Assembly (NCBI GenBank): GCA_963663385.2
Contig: CAXXXD010000002.1
Coordinates: 352,001-416,000, forward strand
Source: Oceanispirochaeta sp.
GTDB taxonomy: Bacteria > Spirochaetota > Spirochaetia > DSM-2461
Direction of reading: 5' to 3'
DNA: 64,000 bases
Positions 29,048 to 38,304 of the stretch are shown here, piece after piece. How positions within the stretch are numbered: position 1 is the first letter of the stretch; the number at the start of each line of letters is the position of its first letter. The notes beneath the pieces were generated by a model, which made no database searches, was not told the DNA's origin, and saw only the letters and a program-made list of their open reading frames with translations. The translations under genes were made by a program, and so were the position numbers.

Positions 29048-29740
29048 ATGAAGCCGTTGAAGACAGTTAGATTATCCGATCAGGTTATTGAAGCTTTGAA
29101 AGAGGTCATTGCCAGGGACGGGTTCGGCCCCGGAGATAAATTCTATTCGGAGAATGAACTGACCGGTAAACTGGGGGTCAGCCGTTCCTCAATCCGGGAA
29201 GCTGTTCGTATTCTGGAAGTCACAGGAATTGTCACTGTGAAACACGGTAAAGGTATCTTTATTGCCGATCCTGTCAGGAAAGAACTGGAAGCATTTAAAG
29301 AGTGGCTGAAAACAAATGAAACATCCATATTCGAACATTTTGAAGTCCGTCTGATGATTGACCCCAAGGCGGCGGGAGTTGCTGCGGCCAAAGCAGATGA
29401 TGATGACATAAGGGAAATGGAGAAAGCCTGCTGTGATTTTAATGCGCAGTTCAATGACCATAATACTCCTGCCATGATCAAGTGTGACGAGGAATTTCAT
29501 CTGGCTATGGCCAGGTCGACAAAGAACCGAACCCTCTACTATCTGATGAAAACCATGACAAGTTCCCTTCCCGAAGGATGGATTACCAGTTTGCACATCC
29601 CCGGGCGTTCAGAAAAAACAATAGAAGAACATAAGGCCATCCTTAAGGCCATTCAGGAAAGGGATTCAAGTGCTGCAGAGAAGGCTATGAAAAGCCATCT
29701 GAATAATGCACTGGCTGATATAAGAGCTTCACTGGAGTAA
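29048..29740 (+). CDS. GntR/FadR family transcriptional regulator
   Basis: SENEL...LGVSRSSIREA...G.GIF; FCD domain D.EFH...N and EH. Confidence 0.95.
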   Translation: MKPLKTVRLSDQVIEALKEVIARDGFGPGDKFYSENELTGKLGVSRSSIREAVRILEVTGIVTVKHGKGIFIADPVRKELEAFKEWLKTNETSIFEHFEVRLMIDPKAAGVAAAKADDDDIREMEKACCDFNAQFNDHNTPAMIKCDEEFHLAMARSTKNRTLYYLMKTMTSSLPEGWITSLHIPGRSEKTIEEHKAILKAIQERDSSAAEKAMKSHLNNALADIRASLE

Positions 29741-29812
29741 TCCGGTCTGGATAGAACAACATTGCTGTATTTCAAATTATAACGCATGCGGTTATGCGAA
29801 AATGGAGAAGTT

Positions 29813-30643
29813 ATGCCTTTACAAATAACAACATTAATCGAAAACACGATGGGAGAGCATCTGGCTCTGATAAACGAACATGGAATCTCTTTCTATATTG
29901 AAAAAGACGGTCATAAACTGCTGTTTGATACAGGGCAGTCTGAAAACTTTCTTCATAATGCCGGAGAAATGCGGATTGATCTTTCCGACCTGGAATATGT
30001 TGTATTAAGCCATGGACATTATGATCATTCGGGTGGATTGAAGTATCTGACAGAGGTAGCAAAGGGTTTCACCCTGTCTATGGGGAAGGGCTTTTTTGAT
30101 GAGAAGTACGCCTTCAGAAACAATTCCTATGAGTTTCTGGGGAATAATTTTGATGAAACCTTTCTGAAGGATAAAAACATTCCCTACCAGTTTGTAACAG
30201 AAGATATAAAAGAGATCCTGCCCGGAGTTTATGTGGTAACCCGTTTTCCCCGGGTTCACACAAAAGAGGTAATCAACCCCCGTTTCATGATAAGGAAGGA
30301 GGGGCGGTTTGAACAGGATTCCTTTGAAGATGAGGTTCTGATTGCGATCGACACCCCGAAGGGCGTTGTTGTCATCCTCGGCTGTTCCCATCCCGGGATG
30401 CGGAACATGATTGATGCCGTCCGGACCCGGCTGAACAAACCTGTATATGCCGTTCTGGGGGGAACCCATCTGGTAGAAGCTGATAATGAAAATCTGGACC
30501 TATCCATAGATTTCCTTGGAAATGATGAATTGAAAATCGTCGGTGTATCACACTGTACAGGTAAGGAGGCAATGTCAAGATTAAGCGCCTGTAATGACCG
30601 TTACTATCACAGTCGTACAGGCAGCTCTCTGTTTATTGATTAG
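29813..30643 (+). CDS. Metallo-beta-lactamase fold hydrolase
   Basis: EHG.S, LFDTG, SHGHYDHSGG, GCSHPG, GGTHL and HCTG. Probable start is the ATG at 29813 after GGAG. Confidence 0.92.
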   Translation: MPLQITTLIENTMGEHLALINEHGISFYIEKDGHKLLFDTGQSENFLHNAGEMRIDLSDLEYVVLSHGHYDHSGGLKYLTEVAKGFTLSMGKGFFDEKYAFRNNSYEFLGNNFDETFLKDKNIPYQFVTEDIKEILPGVYVVTRFPRVHTKEVINPRFMIRKEGRFEQDSFEDEVLIAIDTPKGVVVILGCSHPGMRNMIDAVRTRLNKPVYAVLGGTHLVEADNENLDLSIDFLGNDELKIVGVSHCTGKEAMSRLSACNDRYYHSRTGSSLFID

Positions 30644-30707
30644 GTATTTCGGGCTGTGAATCTTAAAACAGCTCAGAGGTTTTTAGAGTATTCCAGGAGG
30701 TTAGAAG

Positions 30708-31784
30708 ATGTTTACTCGTAAAAAAATGTTGGTTGCTATAGTCTTGATGGCTGCTGCGGCAGTTTTCATGTCTTGCCAGAAAAGTGAAGTTGCCACAGCA
30801 GGAGGGGAAAGTGTTATTACCGCTGATGATCCCATTATCTGGAAATCATCCGGTCATGGTCCTGCTACGGACTTTTCCCAGATCTATCATGATAAGTGCT
30901 GTGAAGCCATCACCAAGGCCAGCGGCGGACGGCTGGTTGTAAAACCCTTTGTGGGCGGATCCATTGTTCCCGCCTATAAAGAGCTGGATGCCATCAACGA
31001 AGGTGTTCTCCAGATGGGCTATTCCTGTCCCATGTACAATCTGGATAAATGGCCTGCTGCAGGCTTGATCAGTTCCCGGCCCGGCGGACTCCCCGGAGAG
31101 GCTCTTAGAACCTGGTTCAACTACGGCGGCGGTGCTGATCTGATGAATAAAATGATGGAAGGCTACGATGTTATGACCTTCCCCGGCGCTCTGTCTCCTC
31201 TGCCGGAAGAGGTTTTCTTCCATTCCAAAGTCAAGCTGGAATCCCTGGATGATCTGCAGGGTCTGAAAGCCCGCTGTATGGGTGACGGAGGTGAAATCCT
31301 GAAAAGAATGGGTGCTGCCACTGTTATTATCCCCGGAGGCGAATGCTACGAAGCCATGCAGAGAGGAACAATTGATGCATTTGAATACTCTACAGTTGCG
31401 ACCAACTGGAATATGCACTTTAACGAAGTTGCTCCCTATATGTACCTGTCTCCCACACGTGCGCCCAGTGATCCCCAGGTGTTCTTTGTTAATAAAACAG
31501 CCTTCAATGAACTGCCCGAGGATCTGCAGGAAATTGTTAAAGCCCAAATTGACCGATGGTCCCAGGCTCAGCATGAGTACCTTGTTTATGAGTCTGTTAA
31601 TGCCGTAGACAAATTCAAGACAGTCGGAACGGAAGTTTACAAAGTGCCCAAGGACATAGAGGATGCCCTGGTAGCTGAAGCGGCTGCTTTTTATGAAGAG
31701 AAATCGGCTAAGGAAAAACCCATCTTTGGCGAGATCTATCAGTCTATGAAAACTTACGGCGAAGCATATAACGCTCTTCATTAA
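30708..31784 (+). CDS. dctP: TRAP transporter substrate-binding lipoprotein (TakP/lactate-like subgroup)
   Basis: Lipobox-like VFMSC; SGGRL..K...GGSIV, DLQGLKAR, GGECYEAMQRGTIDAFE and F.ELPEDLQ. Confidence 0.92.
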   Translation: MFTRKKMLVAIVLMAAAAVFMSCQKSEVATAGGESVITADDPIIWKSSGHGPATDFSQIYHDKCCEAITKASGGRLVVKPFVGGSIVPAYKELDAINEGVLQMGYSCPMYNLDKWPAAGLISSRPGGLPGEALRTWFNYGGGADLMNKMMEGYDVMTFPGALSPLPEEVFFHSKVKLESLDDLQGLKARCMGDGGEILKRMGAATVIIPGGECYEAMQRGTIDAFEYSTVATNWNMHFNEVAPYMYLSPTRAPSDPQVFFVNKTAFNELPEDLQEIVKAQIDRWSQAQHEYLVYESVNAVDKFKTVGTEVYKVPKDIEDALVAEAAAFYEEKSAKEKPIFGEIYQSMKTYGEAYNALH

Positions 31785-31804
31785 TATCGGATAAGGAGTT
31801 GAGC

Positions 31805-32323
31805 ATGGCCATTTTACAAAAAGTGCTGAAGATAATTGATTGGCTCTGTGAAAAAGCTGGAGCTGTGGGGAAATGGTTTGCTTTTCTCCTTGTATTAGTA
31901 GGCTCCTATGATGCTATTTCCAGACATTTTTTTAATGCCCCCACCATCTGGGCATACGATACCCTTTGTATCTCGGGTGGTGTGGTCTATATGCTGGGAG
32001 CCGCTTATGACTATCTGTACGACGCCCATACCCGTGTGGATCTAATCTATGGGAGCCTGTCGAAAAAGGCCCAGGCGATCCTGGATATAGTATGTTCCCT
32101 GTTCCTGTTTTTTCCATTGATGATTTTTATGCTCAAGCTTGCCACCGAGTGGGCTTTGAAGGCATGGAAGATCAATGAGGTAATGTTTACAAGTTTCTGG
32201 TATCCCCCGGCAGCTCCCTACCGGACTGTCTTTGCAATCGGTCTGCTGCTGCTGATTCTTCAGGGAGTCGCCAGATTTGTCAGAGATTTCTATTATGTGA
32301 TAAAGGGTGAAACCATTGATTGA
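31805..32323 (+). CDS. dctQ: TRAP transporter small permease
   Basis: Four TM segments; SRHFFNAPTIWAYD and HTRVDLIY; AGGAG RBS before ATG 31805. Confidence 0.92.
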   Translation: MAILQKVLKIIDWLCEKAGAVGKWFAFLLVLVGSYDAISRHFFNAPTIWAYDTLCISGGVVYMLGAAYDYLYDAHTRVDLIYGSLSKKAQAILDIVCSLFLFFPLMIFMLKLATEWALKAWKINEVMFTSFWYPPAAPYRTVFAIGLLLLILQGVARFVRDFYYVIKGETID

Positions 32324-33662
32324 ATTAAGCGCGGAATTCGTTACATTTTTAATGCTTGGCGGAGTCTTTACTCTTGTTCTGACAGGGTTCCCCATCGCAT
32401 TTGTTATCGGCAGTGTCGCCCTTATTGTGGGGACGGTAATCTTTGGTCCTGATACGGCTTTTCATATTATGTACAGCCGCTTCTATGGGCTCTCTTTGAA
32501 TTATCCGTATCTGGCAGTTCCTCTTTTTACCTTTATGGGGGTTATACTGCAGCACTCGGGGATTACCAGGGATCTGTACGACAGTTTGTATGAGTCTCTG
32601 GGAGACCTGAAAGGGGGGCTGGCCGTTGTTACTGTCATTTTCGGTACCATTCTGGCTGCCTGTCTGGGTGTTATCGCCGCGTCGGTTACCATCCTGACGC
32701 TGATCGCTCTGGGGCCCATGATAACCCGAGGGTACAGCAAACCCCTGGCTGCCGGTACTATTGTGGCATCGGGAACACTGGGTATTCTCATACCCCCCAG
32801 TATTATGCTGGTAGTTTATGCTCCCCAGGCCGGGCTTTCTATCGGACAGATGTTTATGGGAGCCGTATTCCCCGGGCTGATCCTTTCTGCCCTGTATGTT
32901 GTATACATCATTGTTATCTGCAAAATTAAACCGGAAATGGGGCCTTCCATCCCCAAAGAGGAGAGAACTCCCTTTTCCATGCAGAAGCTGATACATCTTC
33001 TGAAATCCATGGTACCTCCCGTTCTTCTGATTCTGGCTGTACTGGGAACAATCTTCTCCGGTATCGCACCACCTACTGAGGCGGCCGCTGTGGGAAGTCT
33101 GGCGGCAATTGCACTGGCCATTGTCTACAGGAAGTTCAGCTGGAAGCTGATTAAACATGCTTCTCTTGAAACCCTGAAAGTCAGCGCTTTTGTTGTAATG
33201 ATCGCCGCCCTCTGTTATGCCTTTGTCGGTGTCTTTATGAGCGCTGGATCGGGAGATGTTGTTACTGATCTGATCATGTCTGTTCCGGGAGGACCCTGGG
33301 CTTCTTTTACGGTTATTATGCTGATTGTTTTCCTTCTGGGTATGTTTATCGAATGGATTGGTATTGTGTTTATCATTGTACCTATCTTCTCTCCCATACT
33401 TGTCCAGCTGGGATTCAATCCCCTCTGGGCGGGAATGATGATATGTATCAATCTGCAGATGGCCTTTCAGACACCGCCCATGGCTATGTCCATTTTTGTT
33501 CTGAAGGGAACAGCCGATCCGAAACTCGGTTTGACCATGGCAGATATTATAAGGGGTGTTATTCCCTTTATCCTTATTATCATGCTAACCCTTGTGCTCT
33601 GTATGATCTTCCCCGAGATTATCACATGGCTGCCTGAAAAGATGATCGGCCCAACCCACTGA
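32307..33662 (+). CDS. dctM: TRAP transporter large permease
   Basis: LAVPLF.FMG, GTLGILIPPSI, PTEAAAVG and TPP motifs. Confidence 0.95.
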   Translation: MKPLIELSAEFVTFLMLGGVFTLVLTGFPIAFVIGSVALIVGTVIFGPDTAFHIMYSRFYGLSLNYPYLAVPLFTFMGVILQHSGITRDLYDSLYESLGDLKGGLAVVTVIFGTILAACLGVIAASVTILTLIALGPMITRGYSKPLAAGTIVASGTLGILIPPSIMLVVYAPQAGLSIGQMFMGAVFPGLILSALYVVYIIVICKIKPEMGPSIPKEERTPFSMQKLIHLLKSMVPPVLLILAVLGTIFSGIAPPTEAAAVGSLAAIALAIVYRKFSWKLIKHASLETLKVSAFVVMIAALCYAFVGVFMSAGSGDVVTDLIMSVPGGPWASFTVIMLIVFLLGMFIEWIGIVFIIVPIFSPILVQLGFNPLWAGMMICINLQMAFQTPPMAMSIFVLKGTADPKLGLTMADIIRGVIPFILIIMLTLVLCMIFPEIITWLPEKMIGPTH

Positions 33663-33670
33663 TTTTAAAT

Positions 33671-33702
33671 AAGGGGATCCTTCCGGGGATCCCCTTTTCT
33701 TT
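33671..33702. terminator. Rho-independent terminator between convergent dctM and peroxiredoxin
   Basis: AAGGGGATCC-ttccgg-GGATCCCCTT, followed by a T-rich tract. Confidence 0.8.
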
Positions 33703-33722
33703 AGTTCTGGCAGGATAAAACC

Positions 33723-34367
33723 CTACAATTCCTTATGACAGAACCACCAGTCGTAGCCTTCGTACTTTTTCAGCCTTTCGGATGCTTCCTTCTGGCTGGA
33801 GGGGGGAGGTATAATAACCCGGTCGCCGATCAGTTCGTTGTTCGGCCAGTTGGCCGGTACGGCTACTCCATTCTTGTCGGAGACGATGAGGGCTTTTACA
33901 GCTCTGACAACTTCATCCATGTTCCTCCCGATCTCCTGGGGATAGTAGAGAACCAGGCGGTTTTTCCCTTCCGGATCTATAACAAAAACCGCCCTGACCG
34001 TATTGGTTCCTTTTCCCGGATGGAGCATTCCCAGTTTCAGGGCAATTGAATCGTTGGCTGCAATAATGGGGAAGGTGATTTCCACATCCAGTTTCTCTTT
34101 AATCCACTCAACCCACTTAATATGGCTGAAAACCTGGTCGATAGACATCCCTATCAGTTTTACACCCATATCCTCCAGCTCTTTGGCTTTCTTCTGGAAA
34201 CCCACAAATTCAGTTGTGCAAACAGGTGTAAAATCTGCGGGGTGGCTGAAAAGGACAAACCATTTGCCTTTCATATCAACGGGAAGTTTCATGGGGCCGT
34301 GTGTTGTGTTCACAGTCATTTCGGGGAATGCATCTCCCAGAAGGGGCATGTTCAGTTTTTCTTCCAT
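33723..34367 (-). CDS. Peroxiredoxin (Prx6 subfamily, archaeal/Thermotoga-like)
   Basis: [14 protein letters not shown] peroxidatic motif; [10 protein letters not shown]-terminal YDWWFC. Confidence 0.95.
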   Translation of the reverse strand: MEEKLNMPLLGDAFPEMTVNTTHGPMKLPVDMKGKWFVLFSHPADFTPVCTTEFVGFQKKAKELEDMGVKLIGMSIDQVFSHIKWVEWIKEKLDVEITFPIIAANDSIALKLGMLHPGKGTNTVRAVFVIDPEGKNRLVLYYPQEIGRNMDEVVRAVKALIVSDKNGVAVPANWPNNELIGDRVIIPPPSSQKEASERLKKYEGYDWWFCHKEL

Positions 34368-34418
34368 TTTTCTTATCTCCTAAAAAATTATTTGTTTAGT
34401 CATTTCAGTACTCTTAAC

Positions 34419-34434
34419 TGCAGCATTCGTGCCA
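34419..34434 (-). promoter_or_regulatory. Sigma54 -24/-12 promoter of the peroxiredoxin gene
   Basis: Minus strand TGGCAC-GAATG-CTGCA gives exact GG-N10-GC spacing, about 50 bp upstream of the start. Confidence 0.85.
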
Positions 34435-34589
34435 AAAATAATAGACTGAGGCGCATATAGGTATGAAACAGTGCGGGAACTTGATGTAATTGCCTGATTT
34501 GTAAACAAATAAAAAAATAAGTATTTTCTTTGATGTATTGATAAAAGATATTTTATTTATAGGAAGAACCGGATTAAATCTTGTAGCAT

Positions 34590-34642
34590 ACCGATATATC
34601 GGTTATTGTATAGCGAAATATCGGTGATACTGAAATATCGGT
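34590..34642. promoter_or_regulatory. Three tandem palindromic boxes, putative bEBP enhancer sites
   Basis: ACCGATATATCGGT (34590-34603, perfect palindrome), AGCGAAATATCGGT (34612-34625) and ACTGAAATATCGGT (34629-34642). Confidence 0.75.
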
Positions 34643-34664
34643 GGATGACGGGAGGTGGTGAATA

Positions 34665-36137
34665 ATGGATATTCCCCTGCTTAAGGGTGACTCGGTGGAA
34701 GAACTGCTGGATATTATCCTTAAGGCTTTAAATGATCTGGTTGAGTATGAGCTGGCGGTTATATTGAAGCTTCAGGATAGGCAGACGCTGGCCGTTCAAA
34801 AAGCAAGCGGGCCCCTTTCGAATAAAGAGATCGAGCATTTTAAGATAGACCTTTCCTCCCGCCGGGATATTGCTGATATGATCGCCCGGAGGGAGCCCTA
34901 TCTTTTTCCTGAAGAGGAAGATCATGTAGATACCTATCAGGAGGTATTGGATATGCCCGACGGGCACTCCTGTCTGGTGGCTCCCCTTTATTTCAAAGAG
35001 ACTCCCGTGGGAATGCTGACTCTGGACCATCGGGTCTGCCGGAAATATTCTCCGGGGATTGTCCGTTTTATAGCCTCAATCTCCAAGCTGATTTCCATTA
35101 TTCTGACCCAGGGGGACACCTCCCGGTATCTGCTGGAGCAGCAGCGGCTGTTAACCGAAGAGCGTAACAGGCTTCTCCGGTTTGAAGAAGGACCGTTCCG
35201 GGATGTGATCGGAAGATCTCCCCGCTGGCAGGCGGCCATGGAATCAGTCAAGACCGTAGCGGGATCGAATCTGGCTGTTCTGATTCAGGGAGAAACCGGG
35301 ACCGGAAAGGAGGAGGCTGCCAGGTTGATTCACAGGCTCAGTTCCCGGAAGGATGGCCCTTTTATCGCTCTCAACTGTTCCGCTCTCTCTTCGGGTCTTA
35401 CGGAAAGTGAGCTTTTCGGGCATGAGAAAGGGGCTTTTACCGGGGCAACCGGTCGAAGGAAAGGGCGGTTTGAGCTGGCCCACGGGGGAACCCTTTTTCT
35501 TGATGAAATAGGCGACCTGCCGGCGGATCTGCAGCCTAAACTGCTCCGGGCCCTGCAGGAAGGGGTGTTCGAGAGGGTCGGAGGGGAAGATCCGGTCCAC
35601 TCGGATGTCCGTATTATTGCGGCTACCCATGTGGATCTGCGTAAGGCGGTGGAAAAGAGGTTATTCCGTGAGGATCTGTACTACAGGCTGAATGTATTCC
35701 CCATATTCCTCCCGCCTCTGCGGGAGCGGGGAGAGGATGTTCTGCTATTATCGGAGCATTTCATCAATAAGCTGAAAAAAGGGGAGGACTACCCGCAGCT
35801 GAAGCTGGACACGGGAGTTGCCGATGATCTTGTCTCCTACGACTGGCCGGGAAACGTTCGTCAGCTCTATAACTTTATCCGTCGGGCCGCTCTTGTTTCG
35901 GGTGGATCGGTTATTAAGCGGGAACACCTTTTTCCTGGGGATATTGTTTTTTCCGTCCCCCGGCTGGATGCAGAACCTATTGTGACTCTGGACAGGGCTG
36001 TGTACCGGCATATCAGGATGGCTCTGGAGCGCTGCCAGGGGAAAATTTACGGTACCGGGGGAGCTGCCGAGTTACTGGGACTTAAACCTTCGACCCTGCA
36101 GAGTAAAATGAAGAAGCTGGGGATTGTACGAAAATAA
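34665..36137 (+). CDS. Sigma54-dependent activator with N-terminal GAF domain (NorR/FhlA-like)
   Basis: GAF region (HSCLVAPL...GMLTLD); Walker A GETGTGKE; ESELFGHEKGAFTGA; LFLDEIG; FREDLYYRL; HTH GAAELLGLKPSTL. Confidence 0.93.
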   Translation: MDIPLLKGDSVEELLDIILKALNDLVEYELAVILKLQDRQTLAVQKASGPLSNKEIEHFKIDLSSRRDIADMIARREPYLFPEEEDHVDTYQEVLDMPDGHSCLVAPLYFKETPVGMLTLDHRVCRKYSPGIVRFIASISKLISIILTQGDTSRYLLEQQRLLTEERNRLLRFEEGPFRDVIGRSPRWQAAMESVKTVAGSNLAVLIQGETGTGKEEAARLIHRLSSRKDGPFIALNCSALSSGLTESELFGHEKGAFTGATGRRKGRFELAHGGTLFLDEIGDLPADLQPKLLRALQEGVFERVGGEDPVHSDVRIIAATHVDLRKAVEKRLFREDLYYRLNVFPIFLPPLRERGEDVLLLSEHFINKLKKGEDYPQLKLDTGVADDLVSYDWPGNVRQLYNFIRRAALVSGGSVIKREHLFPGDIVFSVPRLDAEPIVTLDRAVYRHIRMALERCQGKIYGTGGAAELLGLKPSTLQSKMKKLGIVRK

Positions 36138-36142
36138 GCAAT

Positions 36143-36193
36143 TTGACTGATTTCGATTTATTAATTAAAATTAAACTAGTCTGACTAGTCAGA
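36143..36193 (+). promoter_or_regulatory. Toxin-antitoxin promoter and palindromic operator
   Basis: TTGACT (36143-36148), 17 bp, TAAAAT (36166-36171). Perfect palindrome TCTGACTAGTCAGA (36180-36193). Confidence 0.75.
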
Positions 36194-36208
36194 TTTGAGA
36201 GGTGGGTA

Positions 36209-36448
36209 ATGAGAACATGGCAGGTGCAGGAAGCAAAAAGCAAATTCAGTGAGGTTATTAAACTGGCTAACTCTGAATCTCCCCAGAAAATTACAAGGAG
36301 CGGTAAGCCCGTTGCCTATATTATCTCTGCAGAACTATATGAAAAAGAAAATTCTTCCATAAGGAAAGTACTGTTGTCACGGCCGCATAAAGATCTGGAT
36401 CTCGATATCAAACGATCCGATGAATTACCGAGAGATATTGATCTATGA
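36209..36448 (+). CDS. Type II antitoxin, Phd/YefM family
   Basis: WQVQEAKSKFSEVI..A..PQ.ITR.GKPVA pattern; ATGA overlap with the toxin gene. Confidence 0.92.
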   Translation: MRTWQVQEAKSKFSEVIKLANSESPQKITRSGKPVAYIISAELYEKENSSIRKVLLSRPHKDLDLDIKRSDELPRDIDL

Positions 36449-36864
36449 TGTTTCTGCTGGATACGAATGTTGTCTCCGAACTGATTAAATCCTCTCCTGA
36501 TAATAATGTTCTGGAATGGTTTGAAGCTGTCCCGGAAGAGCATTTACGGCTTTCTGTATTGAGCCTTGGAGAAATCCAGTCCGGTATTGAATACCTTCCG
36601 GAGGGGAAAAAAAGGAACAATCTTATCCTATGGTTTGATCAATTACTGGAGTCATTCAAGTATCAATTACTCCCCGTTGATTCAAAAACAGCCTTAAAGT
36701 GGGGTGAATTGTCAGGTTATTCCAGAAAAAATGGAAAAAAGCTGTCTATTATTGACGGATTAATAGCCTCAACCGCTTACCTTTCCGGTGCCATACTCGT
36801 TACAAGGAATACCAGAGATTTTGAAGGGATTCCCATTCAGGTTCTCAATCCCTGGCTGGCATAA
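36445..36864 (+). CDS. vapC: Type II toxin, VapC PIN-domain ribonuclease
   Basis: LLDTNVVSE, SLGEI, DGLIASTA and LVTRNTRDF...NPW. Confidence 0.95.
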   Translation: MMFLLDTNVVSELIKSSPDNNVLEWFEAVPEEHLRLSVLSLGEIQSGIEYLPEGKKRNNLILWFDQLLESFKYQLLPVDSKTALKWGELSGYSRKNGKKLSIIDGLIASTAYLSGAILVTRNTRDFEGIPIQVLNPWLA

Positions 36865-36903
36865 GAACGTTCTTTAGGCAGCATATATAATTCGGTCTAT
36901 TGG

Positions 36904-37065
36904 TCAATCCCGGTTCTCTGTTTTCCGGTCGCAGATCATTTTATGGGTTATTGATTCTGATACTTGCTTTTCCAGCTTTGCAGCAGCAAATACAGGCTGC
37001 CCTGCGGCAAATACCAGAATATTTAATAAAACCAAAACCATAAGAACTGCTATGGACTGTTTCAT
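36904..37065 (-). CDS. Small putative secreted peptide (53 aa), below the ORF-track cutoff
   Basis: My translation is MKQSIAVLMVLVLLNILVFAAGQPVFAAAKLEKQVSESITHKMICDRKTENRD. AGGGAGG RBS and a TATACT -10 lie upstream. Confidence 0.55.
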   Translation of the reverse strand: MKQSIAVLMVLVLLNILVFAAGQPVFAAAKLEKQVSESITHKMICDRKTENRD

Positions 37066-37158
37066 GGGATAATCCTCCCTGTCTGATAGTATATAGTCAT
37101 TAAGCCAGAGAATTATTCTATTCTGTTTCAGGTTCTGTTTTGTTTCTGTTAATTCTGT

Positions 37159-38070
37159 CTATTCCGCGGACAGAATATCCCCCGGCACAAAACTCATGGC
37201 ATTCCGCCTGGCAAATTCTTCCGCTTTCTGTACGGCCTCTTCAATTCCTTTTCCCTTAGACAGTTCTGCCGCCAGTCCCGCTGTATAGGCATCACCGCAT
37301 CCTATGGGATTCACCCGGTTTTTCAGCGGTTCAGGCTGACTGCGGAAAATCTTCCCCCTGTAGCAGATAAGGGTGGGCCCTGTTCCGTTTGTCAGGATGA
37401 CGGATGTTTTCCAGTGACCGTAAAGACCCAGCATGGCCCCTTCCAGCCGGGCTTCGGGTACTTCGTGATAGTTCTCTCCGGGAAGAAAGGTCTGGCAGAA
37501 TTCCTCTCTGTTGGGTTTGATCAGATCCGGTCCGAATTTCAGGCACTCCTTCAGTTCTTCCCCTCTTATATCGAGGATCAGAAATTTACCGGCATTTTTG
37601 GCCCGGCGGCTCATTTCCGGGTAAACCGATGAGGAGAACCCTTCCGCATGGGAACCGGATATAACTACCATGGAGGCTGCCGGCAGCAGCCTGGCATAGG
37701 CTTCCATTACCTCATTTTCCGCTTCGGGAGGGACCGTCTGTCCCTGTTCCACAATCTCTGTTGCTGTACCGCTTTTCCGGTCCAGCAGGGTATAGCAGCC
37801 ACGGACCGGAGTCGAACTGGCAATAAACTCGATAGGAAGGTTCTTTTCCTTTGCTGTTTTATAGAAAGCCCCCTCCGGTGCATCGGCAAAGCTCAGGTGT
37901 TTAACCGGTAAACCGGCCTGATGCAGTACCTGGGTTACATTGAACCCTTTACCTGCACAGCTTGAAGTATATTCTCTGCTCCGATTCACCTCTCCCGTCT
38001 TCAGTTCCGGAAAGGATAGTGTCGTCTGCCAGACAGGGTTTAATCCGATAGTCAGAATATAGGGGCTCAC
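37159..38070 (-). CDS. 1-phosphofructokinase/tagatose-6-phosphate kinase family (PfkB)
   Basis: ILTIGLNP, GEVNR, AGKGFNV, IKPNREE and NPIGCGDA; GTG start after AGGAG. Confidence 0.9.
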   Translation of the reverse strand: MSPYILTIGLNPVWQTTLSFPELKTGEVNRSREYTSSCAGKGFNVTQVLHQAGLPVKHLSFADAPEGAFYKTAKEKNLPIEFIASSTPVRGCYTLLDRKSGTATEIVEQGQTVPPEAENEVMEAYARLLPAASMVVISGSHAEGFSSSVYPEMSRRAKNAGKFLILDIRGEELKECLKFGPDLIKPNREEFCQTFLPGENYHEVPEARLEGAMLGLYGHWKTSVILTNGTGPTLICYRGKIFRSQPEPLKNRVNPIGCGDAYTAGLAAELSKGKGIEEAVQKAEEFARRNAMSFVPGDILSAE

Positions 38071-38304
38071 TCATTATCTCCTTGAATTAACATTAATAAC
38101 CTGGTTAATTATCTGCAGTTTAATATTATAGCGAGAGTTCGCCTTTCATGCCACAAATACCGTCATTCAGGTCTTTCTTATGTAAGGATACCCTCTTTAT
38201 CAGTATGATAGCCAGAATCCGGTATTCCCGGCTATCAAATTATTAAAAAGGCTCTATAATGGCATATGCTCCGCAATAATTTTCAGGAGTAAAAGGAACA
38301 AAAT

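Noticed and set aside
34590..34642. Three short repeats as a mini-CRISPR
   Set aside because: Repeats are 14 bp with 3-8 bp gaps and no cas genes; position fits activator binding sites.
38260..38275. Possible sigma54 promoter TGGCATATGCTCCGCA before the BON-like gene
   Set aside because: The -12 context is poor, and an overlapping TATAAT offers a simpler sigma70 explanation.
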